Origin: Camelus dromedarius
Taxonomy: Eukaryota
NCBI RefSeq assembly: GCF_036321535.1
Contig: NC_087436.1
Location: 63,552,001 to 63,616,000, forward strand
DNA: 64,000 bases
Direction: 5' to 3'
Below the pieces are notes generated by a model. That model did not search any database. It had not been told where the DNA came from and saw nothing but the letters and a program-made list of their open reading frames with translations. Shown in pieces: positions 53,484-64,000 of this stretch. The stretch's first letter is position 1, and each line of letters starts with the position of its first letter. The position numbers and the translations under genes are program-made.

Positions 53484-54102
53484 TGTTAGAACAGGCAGTT
53501 AGCTAGATATGAGTAGAGAAAGGGGGACATGGGCAAATGGCAGAAAACCATACATCTTGTGAACAACAGGTGTCCTTGGACAGACTAAGAAAAACAGGAT
53601 CCTCTGGACTGATTAAAAAAAACCATACCTTCTGGGTTAAATGTTCTGGGGGCAGAAGGGTGGGACAGGACAGGAATCCCCACCATCCAAATGTAACCTT
53701 TTGATCATGATGACCTATGTCCAAATGTAACCTTTTGCTTATGATACCCTCATCTAAATGTAACCTTTTGTTCATTAGGACCTCATTCAACTTCCTGATC
53801 AAGATTAAATAAGGTTGAAAAATCTCTCCTCCCCACCTGGGAAGGTGGAGCTGGGATGAAGATCAGGAAAGATGACCCCAAACCCCACCCCCCCGACCAA
53901 TGAATATTCTGCCCATTCATTTTTACATCCATATAATGAGCTTGCCAAGGAAACTCAGGGCAGCCACCTACCTGGGTCTGTCTGCTCTTTCCTTGAGATC
54001 ATACTATCTATCCCTTAAAAAATCCTTGCTTTGCTTTCTTCACCTCTGCGTCTTGTCTCTGAATTCTTTCTGCAACAAGACAAGAACCTCCTGCCCACAA
54101 CA
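53484..54102 (+). mobile_element. ERV1-class solo LTR (MER50/MER4-group-like), 619 bp
   Basis: TG…CA termini and a perfect 4-bp TSD gtac (53480-53483 / 54103-54106). It interrupts L1 acagtatggtac|tagcat. TATA-like catataa near 53930. Confidence 0.9.
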
Positions 54103-54506
54103 GTACTAGCATAGAAATAGAAACATAGTCCAATGGAACAGAATAGAGAGCCTGGAAACAACCCCCCACATAGTCAACTAATACTTGACAAGGGAGTTCA
54201 GAACATGCAGTGGAGAAAGGATAGTTTTTATAACAAATGGTTAAGAGAAAACTGGATAAAAACACATGTAGAAAAATGTAAGGCAATCCCTTACACCACT
54301 CACAAAAATTAATTCAAAATGGATTAAAGGTTTACACATAAAACTGACACTGTAAAATTCCTAGAAGAAAATACAGAGAAAAGCTCCTTGACAGTGGTCT
54401 TGGATATGACACCTAAAGCACAAGAAACAAAAGCAAAAATCAACAAGTTGGACTATATCAAACTAAAAATTAATCTGCACTGCAAAAGAAATAATCAACA
54501 AAATAA

Positions 54507-54730
54507 TACTGAATTCTGGCAGAGCATCTCTCATTTCGAAATACAGGAGGATTCTCACAAAATCCGATAAACTAGTTTATACTGTATAGCACAGGGAACT
54601 ATATTCAGTATCTTGTAATCTATAGTGAAAAAGAATATGAAGATGAATATATGTATGTTCCTATATGACTGAAGTATTGTGCTGTACACCATAAATTGAC
54701 ATAACATTGTAAACTGACTATACTTCAATA
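54507..54730 (+). mobile_element. Short young L1 3'-tail retrocopy with an unexplained ~60-nt head, nested in L1
   Basis: 54566-54730 matches the young L1 tail (actgtatagcacagggaactatattcagtatcttg…ctgactatacttcaat). Host L1 caacaaaat|aaaaggcaacctacag resumes afterwards. Confidence 0.8.
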
Positions 54731-55847
54731 AAAAAGGCAACCTACAGAATGGGAGAAAATATTTGCAAACTATGTTAGATAAGGAGTTAATAGTCAAAAT
54801 ATATAAATAACTCATGTAACTCAATAAGAAAAAAAATAAGCAAACTGATTAAGATATGGGCAGATGACCTGAATAGACATTTCCCCAAAGAAGACACACA
54901 GATGACCAACAGGGAAATGAAAATATAATTATCACTAATCATTAGGGAAATGCAAATCAATACTATGAGTTACCACCTCATTCTGTTAAATGATTATTGT
55001 CAAGAGACAAGTGTTGCTGAATATGTCAAGAAAAGAGGACACTTTTACATTGTCACTGGGAATATTTAGCCACTGTGGAAAACAATATGGAAGTTTCTCA
55101 AAAAATTTATATAGCACTATCATGATCTATATCATAGTATGATCTAGCAATCCCACTTCTAGGTATATAACCAGAGGGAATGAAAACATGGTATCTATCC
55201 ATCTATCTATATGGGAGATACAATGGCATATTGTTAAACCATGAGAAAGAAAGAAGGAAATACTGCCATTTGCAACAACATGGATGGACCCTGAGGGTAC
55301 TCTGCTAAGTGAAACAAGGCAGATAAAGACAAATATGGAATAATATCACTTATATGTAGAATCTAAAAAAGCTTAACTTGTAGAAACAGAGTAGAATGGT
55401 GTTTACCAGGTCCTGGGTGGGGAGAATTAAGATGCTGTTAAAGGCTACAATTGTGCAACTACAAGATGAATATGTTCTGGAGATCTAATGCATAGCATAG
55501 TGATCATCATCAACAATACCATGCCATATACTTCAAAATTGTCAAAAAAGACTAGACTTAAATGTTCTCACTGCAAAAAAGTACTGATATTTATGTGATG
55601 AGGTGTTAGTGCTGGTGGTAATCATACTGCAACATATAAATGTATTAAATCAATAGGTTATACAATTTAAATTTATACAATGTTATATGTCAGTTATATA
55701 CCAATAAAAAAATTTCCCAGATGATTTCAAGTGATAACCCAAGTTGAAACCCATTGCCCTAAGTTGGTTTTCACTTATATCATGAATGTACAATATAGTT
55801 TAAAGAATAACTTTGTATTTTCTTGATGAAGTAAGTAAACATGTAGG

Positions 55848-56071
55848 TGAAGCCAACGTGGTAGGAAACTACAGGCAGCTTTTTTTTTTTTGGTAACAGA
55901 GGAATGCAGTTTAATGATTTTGCAAGTAACCATTTGAGAGTGGCCTCCAGCCAACAGCCAGCAAAAGGCTAGGGTCCTCAGTCATAAAACCACGAAGAAA
56001 AATTCTGCCGAAAACCAAACAAGCCACTAAATTTGTGATGCACTTTTACCCATCAAAAGATAACTAATACA
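55848..56071 (+). mobile_element. MLT1 LTR fragment (internally deleted)
   Basis: gtggcctccagccaacagccagcaa…gtcctcagtc…aattctgcc…aagccactaaatttgtg…gataactaataca. Confidence 0.75.
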
Positions 56072-56299
56072 GGGCTTATATTTGGTATTTTCAGCTCTAT
56101 GGCTTATTTGGGAGTGAACTGTTTGTACTTTTCAAGCATAATTTATCTTGGTGTTTCCCATTAATTCTTCTAATCAATCAGAACTGCTTTAAAAATAATG
56201 CAGCATAGACACCTGCCTAAGAGTAATGGCACCATACTTAGCACAATGGTCCAACAACTACGAAGAAAATATATTGTAAAAATATCATAATCAAGTCAG

Positions 56300-56492
56300 T
56301 GCTACTATGCTTAAAATCATGGACTCTGAAATCTACCTACCTATGTTGGGATCTTGGTTTCACCAATTTCTTACCTTCTTTGTGTTTCAGTTTCCTTATT
56401 TATAAAACTGGAGAGAACAATTATATATAGGGTTTTTTAAAAAATTAATTTAGATATCATTTGTAAGACATAAATCTTCAATAAATATTTAT
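56300..56492 (+). mobile_element. MIR SINE
   Basis: catggactctgaaatct…tgtgtttcagtttccttatttataaaactggag…ttcaataaatatt. Confidence 0.7.
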
Positions 56493-58140
56493 TATCAATG
56501 TTGATAGCATAACTATTAGTAATAGTATGTCTTATACACATCTATATTCCTTTCTTAAATAGGATGGAAGAACAATATAAATGTTCTTTTTACAATGGCT
56601 TTTATTTTAAATTGTATAAAGCATATGATAGCAATTTTTGAAAACTATAGAGGCAATAATTTAGCATTTGGAGACTAAATATATACTTTGTTGATTATTT
56701 ATAACTTTTATTGCATTCACATAGCTACGTTTTTTTGCCATTAATAACTCTATAGGTCTTCTATACAGACTAAAACTTATACTACAATTCAAAAATAAAT
56801 CATCAAATGTTGAATATATTGTCTATAAATAATATATTGTTATTATTTATCCATCTCATTTACAATTTTTCTTACTTATCCTTCATATCACTGTTTACAA
56901 CTGCAAATTATAATGAACAATTCGATTGGAAATAAAACTGAGTAAGTGGGAGTGTAATTTCTGCATTCACCTCACACAGGACCCATAAAAAGGCAGATAA
57001 GGCATCTCCATATTTTGTAACAAATCAGACAACTAAAAACAAGATAATCAAAACTAGAGCAGAAGTTTTAAGTAATAAAAGGATTCATCTATGAGTAGGT
57101 ATAAAACATAAATCTTTCTTAGATATGTTGTCAACCATTGGCTTTATAAATCCTCCCTATTTTCCTATTAAAATTTTGGCAGATTGGATGAAAAGATAGA
57201 ATCCACTATACTTTTGTTTATATCAGCATTTCTTAGATGTGTTTTTCTAAAGTAGAAGCAAGTAGTTTATTGTTTAAATTCAGCACTGAATGCAAAAGGA
57301 AGATTTCTATTTTATTTCCAGAAAGAGTGAATAAATCTGCAAAGATAAACTGATTCCTAAGTTTCAATATGAAGAATATGTTTCAGTACAATTTTCTATC
57401 TGACCTTCTCAAGAATGTTACAATGGCAAATTTAATTAATTCAGATTGACATATTTCCCCCTCAAAAATATGATGCAGTGGAAAAAAAACTGTACTTGAT
57501 TTCAGTGTTTTGGAGTCAAGGAGAGATGGTTCATAACTATCTAGTGATTAGGATGGTTCATCCTTAAATCAGGGATAAATTTTTTTCTATTTTATAATTT
57601 TGTTTTGGTAAGAAATACATATAAAGTCCTTAACACTTAGGGACACATTTTGGTTCAAAAATTGGAAGCTGGTATTACTAAATATAAATACCAACAATTA
57701 GGAAAATGAGACATCAATCCATGACTTTACATTCTAATTAACACTATTTAAACTAGGACCAAATTAAGATAGCTATAATTTAACATGAGAAGGAGTTGGA
57801 GAATTCTCACAGATAATTTTTTAACCCTAATTAGAGAATAAACATTGAAAACATTTCAAACACCATGGCAAAATAAGAGACAACCAAGGGATAATATTAA
57901 TGATACTATTCATCATTGCTTTTTTCCCCACATCTAGTACCTTCTCACTTATGCTTTCTTATTCTGTAATCACACAATTCCAAAAAGTTAACCTTCTCCA
58001 TATTGGTACTGCAACATGCTACTATGTGTTGTCAACCAAAAGAGGTCATATATAAAAGCTGACCAAATCTTCATTAGCTCCATTGAGATGACAGATTCCA
58101 GTGGTGTAGCAGGTGGTTCTTAACTAGAATTTCAAGACTA

Positions 58141-60829
58141 CAGTTGACTCTTGAACAATGAGGGTGGTTAGGGGTACTGATCCCTTGGGCAGTCAAAAAT
58201 CCCTGCCTAAGAAATCGTCAACAAAATATTAGCAAACAGAATCTAACAACACATAAAAAAGATCATAAACCATGATCAAGTTGCATTCATCCCAGGGACA
58301 AAAGGATAGTTCAACATATGCAAATCACTTGATGTGATAAAACACATCAACAAAAGAAAGGACAAAAACCACATTATCATCTCAATAGATGCAGAAAAAG
58401 CATTTGATAAAATTCAACACCAATTTATGATAAAAACTCTTACCAAAGTGGGTGTAGAGGAAATGTATCTCAACATAATAAAAGCTATTTATGACAAACC
58501 CACAGCCAGCATAATACTCAATGGTAAAAAACTGAGAGCCTTCCCACTAAAATCTGGAACACAACAAGGATGCCCACTCTCACCACTTCTATTAATATAG
58601 TCTTGGAAGTCCTAGCCACAGCAATCAGGCAAGAAAAAGAAATGAGATCCAAATTGGAAGAGAAGAGGTAAAATTGTCATGATATGTGGGTGATATGATA
58701 CTATATATAGAAAACCCTAAAAGCTCCACACAAAAACTATAAGAGCTGATGAAAGAATTTGGGAAGGCAGGATACAAGATTAACATACAGAAATCAGTTG
58801 TATTTCTTTACACTAACAATGAATTAACAGGAAAAGAAAGTAAAGAAACTTTTAAAATTGCATCCAAAATAATAAAATACTTAGGAATAAATCTGACCAA
58901 GGTGGTGAAAGACCTTAAGGAAATTAAAGATGACTTAAAGAAATGGAAAGATATCCCATGCTCTTGGACTCGAAGAATCAATATTGTTAAAATGACCATA
59001 CTGCCCAAGGCAATCTACAGATTTAATGTGATCCCTATCAAATTACCCAGGACATTTTTCACAGAACTAGAATAAATAATCTTAAAATTTATATGGAATC
59101 ACAAAAGACCCAGAATTGCTGAAGCAATATTGAAGGAAAAGAACAAAGCTGGAGGAATAACCCTCCCAGATTTCAGACAATACTACAGAGCTACAGTAAT
59201 CAAGACAGCATGTTATTGGCATTAAGAACAGACATATGGATCAATGGAACAGAAGAGAGAGCACAGAAATAAATCCACAGGCCTACAGTCAATCTTCCAC
59301 AAAGGAGGAACGAATATACAATGGAGAAATCTAGTCTCTTCACCAAGTGGTTTTGGGAAAACTGGACAGCAGCATGTAGATCAATGAAATTAGAACACTC
59401 CCTCATACCAGACACAAAAATAAACTCAAAATGGCTTAAAGACTTAAATATAGGGCAAGACACGATAAACCTCCTAGAAGAAAACATGGGCAAAACATTC
59501 TCTGACATAAATCTTAGCAATGTTCTTCTAGGGCAGTCTACCCAGGCCATAGAAATAAAAGCAAAAATAAACAAATGGGACCTTATTAAGCACGGCAAAG
59601 GAAACCACAAGCAAAACAAAACGACAACCTATGGAATGGGAGAAAATATTTGCAAATGATGTAACTGACAAAGGCTTTATTTCCAGTATATATAAACAGC
59701 TCATACAACTTAAACAAACAACCCAATCCAAAAATGGGCAGAAGGCTTAAACAAGCAGTTCTTCAATGAAGACATACAAATGACCAATAGGCACATGAAA
59801 AAATGCTCAATATTCCTATTTATCAGAGAAATGCAAATAAAAACTACAATGAGGTGTCATTTCATACCAGTCAGAATGGCCATTATTCAAGTCATGAATG
59901 AAATGCTGCAGAGGGGGTAGAGAAAAGGGAACCCTCCCACACTGCTAGTGGGAATGTAGTTTGGTACCCCCGTTATGGAAAACAGTATGGAGATTCCTCA
60001 AAAACTAAAAATAGACTTACCATATGATCCAGCAATCCCACTCCTGGGCATTTGCCCAGAGGGAACTCTAATTAAAAAAGATACATGGACCTCAGTGTTC
60101 ATAGCAGCACTATTTACAATAGCCAGGACATGGAAGCAACCTAAATGTCCATCGACAAATGACTAGATAAAGAAGCTGTGGTATATTTATACAATGGAAT
60201 ACTAAGCCATAAAAAATAATAAAATAATGCCATTTGAAGCAATATGGATGGACCTAGAGATCGTCATTCTAAGTGAAGTAAGCCAGAAGGAGAAAGAAAA
60301 ATACCATATGATATCACTCATGGGTTGACTCTCAAAAAAAAAAAGAGACACTACGAACTCATCTACAAAACAGAAACAGACTGGCAGACATAGTAATCTT
60401 ATGGTTACCAAGGAAAGTGTTTGGAAGGGATAAATTTGGGAGTTTGAGATTTGCAAATATTAGCCACAATATATAAAATAGATTAAAAAAAACAATTTTA
60501 TTCTGTATAGCAGAGGGAACTATATTCAGTATCTTATAGTAACCTTTATTAAAAAGGAATATGAAAATGAATATATGTGTGTGTGTGTGTATATATATCC
60601 ATGACTGGGACATTGTGCTGTACAGCAGAAATTGACACATTGTAACTGACTATACTTCAATTAAAAAGAAAAAAAATTGTGCATAATTTATAGTCAGGCC
60701 TCCACACCCACCGTTCCCCACTATCCATGGTTCTGCGTTAGCAGATTCAACCCACCTCAGAACATGTAAAAATGTTAGCGTATAAATGGACCCCACAGTT
60801 CAAATCCTGTGTTGTTCAAGAGTCAACTG
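58141..60829. mobile_element. Tigger2-derived MITE (MER8-like, TcMar), split by a young L1; arms 58141-58210 and ~60673-60829
   Basis: Perfect 18-bp TIRs cagttgactcttgaacaa / ttgttcaagagtcaactg, flanked by TA on both sides (58139-58140, 60830-60831). Confidence 0.9.
58211..60672 (+). mobile_element. Young 5'-truncated L1 (RT domain to polyA)
   Basis: ORFs 58334-58600 ([15 protein letters not shown]…[12 protein letters not shown]), 58749-59075, 59321-59659 and 59975-60166 are frameshifted ORF2 segments. The tail ends tatacttcaattaaaaagaaaaaaa. Confidence 0.97.
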
Positions 60830-62059
60830 TATTCCTATTTCTGACACAAACAACTAAATCGTCTGAAGAAAACCATCTCACTCAGGTAAAATTGTTAAAA
60901 ATATATGTAAAAGTATGATAGAGTCATTCATACTCTTATTAACTTCAAATATTTTTCATACCAAAGCAAAAGACCTTATGTTATATCATGTAGAACTTAG
61001 GTTGGATAAATTTACTTTTCATAAGAGTAGTCAAACATTAGAATGACATATAAAATACCTTTTCTTGGCTGTCTTACAAAGCAGATTAGAATCTAAATCA
61101 GTGGCAATTAAGCTTTACTAAATAATCATCCAAAATTCCACCTATGACATAGTAGATACTCAACATGTATTTGCTAAAAATAAATAATGTATGCTCATTT
61201 GTGGCACTTGAGTTACACTAAAAAGTGTAATAAAAATTAGCTTCAGGAAAAAAATGTTAATTTGGTACTTTCTTATTCTTCCTGTTATAAAGGATATTAA
61301 AAAAAAAGTATTGGAATAGTTCTAGCTTAACAAGAACATATGTTAAGGAGTTTTGTTTGTTTGTTGAACACTGACAGCTGTCAGTTGTGAACAGAAAAGG
61401 TACTAAAATGACATGGATAACACATGCTCAAAATAAAAAACTCGATATTGCCAAATCTAGATGTTTCCTTTAATATGCAGTAAGATATGCAGCGGTAGTT
61501 TAAGTTTTCAGCTCATTCCCTATTTAACAATGCTTCTATAGTTACAGGGCTCAAACATGCTTTTCCAACTAAAGTGTACACATATCATGAGAAACGAATT
61601 CCTTGTATATATTTTGGTCTTTGTTTGCTGAAGGCAATTTAATTATAGTTAAATTTGAGCCCATCACAAAATTAAAAGCATTGCATGATAGTATTTGAGC
61701 TTTAACTTAAATCTTGCTGCATAGAGGTATGCTTTTATATATTTACTTGTTTTTGTACAGCTTTGAAGTTGAATATAGTCAATTGTTTAATTTGTATGAT
61801 CTCCATAAAAACCTTGAGACTCTTGTAATCAATATGAGATTTTATAAAGATTATTTTTCCACAAATAAGTAGAAAAGTAGAATTCTTTGCTTTATAGTCT
61901 TTAGCAAAACTCACTTTTTTCTAATAAAAATATTTAATTTCTCTGTTGCATATCAAACAGAAATCAATTCAGTAATTGCATTGATAATAATGAACAATTT
62001 CCCAAATATATAGAGCACCTACTATGGCATAAACATTCTGCTAGGCACTCTGAACAAGA

Positions 62060-64000
62060 TTAACTGGAATTTTATACCTAGTGACTGTATATTTCCCAAT
62101 TAACAGTGACAAATACATCTTGAAGACAAAAATAATGAGAAAATTACATGCCAGCTGACCCACACTAATAGAAATATTGAAGGAGTTCTTCTAGAAAATA
62201 GAAAACTATCCCAAATGAAATAAAGAAGGAAGGGAAGGAGGAAGAGAGAGAGAGAGAAAAAAAAGAAGAGTAAATACGTGATTCAATCCAATATGCAAGT
62301 AAATGGGTGGGTAAATCTATTTACTAATTAAATAATTACTTGTGGGGTTTAAAAGTATTTTAGAATTAAAGTACATAGCCATGCCATGTTAATAGAAAGA
62401 GGCAGGAAGGAGAGTAATTAGAGTTAATTATGTTCCAAAGCAATACCCCTCCCATTTAATGAGCATAAGTTACACTTGACAGGCTCTATTTCAGTAGGTC
62501 TAGGGTGGGGCCTGAGAATTCTGCCTTTCTAGGCAAGTATCTAGGAGATGGCAATACTGTTGGCCTGTGGATTGCACTTTGCAGAGCAAGAGTCTAACAT
62601 TCTAACACAATCTGAAATATGTTAACAAACTACTGCACACAATAATTAAAATTAGTTAACAGTGCATAATGTAATTTCCACAGTACTCTCAAAGTAGTAA
62701 TAGAAGGTATGAATAGCAAGGTAATAAAGAGGAAAAATATAGTAACATAAATCCTAAGTAATCCCAAAAAAGTCAAGGAAGGAGGGAGTATTAGAACAAG
62801 GGGCTCCAATTGGTAGAAATACTAAGATTGTAGGTTTAAATCCAAATACCTGTAAATAGACTAAACACGCCAATTAAAAGACAAACATTTTCACACTGGA
62901 TTTAAAAACAATAGTTTTAGTCTTCTTTTAAGAGACATACCTAATTATAACGATACAAAATGGCAAACAGTAAGCAAAGGAAAAAATATATAAATAACTA
63001 ACAGAAAGTTGACTTTGACACAAGAGTCACTACTAGAAACAGAAAGGAATAGTTTTTTAAATGATATAGGAACCAATCCACCAAGAAGATGTAAAAGTTC
63101 TAATTTTATAAGCACCCAGTATCATAACTTCAAAATACATAAATTAAGAATAAAAAGAAGAGATATTTAAAAGCACAACAAAAATAAGGGTTAGCATATC
63201 TTTCAATAACTGACAAGATACATGGACATAAAAGATTTGAAAAAGTTGAACCAAATTGACCTGACACATATGAAGTGCTTCACTCTAGAATTTCAGAATG
63301 CAAATTGTTTTCTAGGGTTCTTGGGACATTTACATTCACTGGCAATTTGTATGCTCAAATAGCTAGTGGAAGGGTATTTCAAAACCATGCATTGCATTCT
63401 GAAATTAAGCAACAAAACAATAAAAAGTGAATTTAATCCTCCAAATATTATGAAAATAAGCAGTACTATACTAATCCACGCTCAAAGAACTCACAGTGGA
63501 AATGTTTTTAAATTATTAGAATAATCAAAATTTGTGGGATTTAGCTGAATGAATCTATAATTAAGAAGACATCTGTACCTTTAAAAACACATGTTAGAAA
63601 AAATAAGACTAGAAAACAAGAAAGAAATATCTAATAGAAACAATGCCAAAAGTTAATTTTTTGAAACTATAGAATTTTAAAACCTTTAGTAAAGACCAAG
63701 AAAAAAGAAAAATACAATATTTTAAAGAGTGCCAGATAGTAAAATTAATGAGAGAATATTATGAATAAACTAAAAATTTGAATAAAATGATAAAAATTTG
63801 TAGAAAAATATACAAATTACAAAAAATAAGAAATTTTGAAAATATGAATAGCACTGTATTGAAGAAATTGAGTTAATTTAATCTCTTCCCGCAAGTTAAC
63901 TTCGTGCCCAGATGGTTCCACCAGTAAACTCTTATATTTAATGAAGTTTTATATAAAAGTATAAAATTGATATAAAGATTGTTTTATACAGCCAGCATAA
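62060..64000 (+). mobile_element. Old L1M fragment (ORF1 end, inter-ORF region, endonuclease region), running off the window
   Basis: gtaaatagactaaacacgccaattaaaagaca (~N.NGLN.PIKR), caatccaccaagaagatgtaaaagttctaattttataagcacc and cccagatggttccaccagtaaactct (GPDGF-like). Confidence 0.75.
62478..62592. mobile_element. MER5A-like hAT-Charlie fragment
   Basis: ttcagtaggtctagggtggggcctgagaattctgcctttcta…ggagatg…tggcctgtggattgcactttg. Confidence 0.8.

Larger units (their letters stand above)
51575..55712 (+). mobile_element. L1 ORF2 and 3'UTR (decayed), host of two nested insertions
   Basis: ORF 52635-52874 [13 protein letters not shown] (RT motif), tttgcagatgatataat (FADD motif), ORF 52981 LINKFSKVAGYK. 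Ends caataaaaaaa. Confidence 0.95.

Noticed and set aside
53684..53775. Spaced direct repeats superficially like a CRISPR array
   Set aside because: Only three tandem units with related spacers, inside a mammalian LTR, with no cas genes.
58334..60166. Several ORFs with reverse-transcriptase-like motifs suggesting an RT gene or retron-like system
   Set aside because: They are frameshifted pieces of a 5'-truncated L1 ORF2 with a standard L1 3'UTR and polyA, not a functional CDS.

Overview
AT-rich, CpG-poor mammalian genomic DNA dominated by transposable elements. There is no prokaryotic-type gene content, no CRISPR array, and no rRNA or tRNA gene. The young L1 3' tails (…tgtacagcagaaattgacacattgtaactgactatacttcaa-polyA) point to a cetartiodactyl, most likely a camelid; no Alu, Bov-B/Bov-tA or PRE-1 was seen. 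This species call is an inference. Contents: a deleted ERV-L provirus (0.4-3.4 kb), a CR1/L3 fossil, MIR/L2/MER/MaLR fossils, and many L1 copies of different ages, several with visible target-site duplications (TSDs) and nested insertions. Most ORF-track entries are decayed L1 ORF2 fragments or chance ORFs, and I could not name any protein-coding gene. The most notable items are: (1) a TSD-bounded L1 at 44.1-44.9 kb carrying about 280 nt of non-L1 3' sequence with its own AATAAA/polyA, which looks like a 3' transduction; (2) a cluster of minus-strand exon-like segments with an X-box/CCAAT promoter-like site in the repeat-poor 5-12.6 kb zone, host gene unidentified; (3) a short chimeric L1-tail retrocopy and a solo LTR nested in one L1; (4) a MITE split by a young L1. 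Repeat subfamily names come from recalled consensus sequences and need RepeatMasker/Dfam confirmation. Boundaries without TSDs are approximate.
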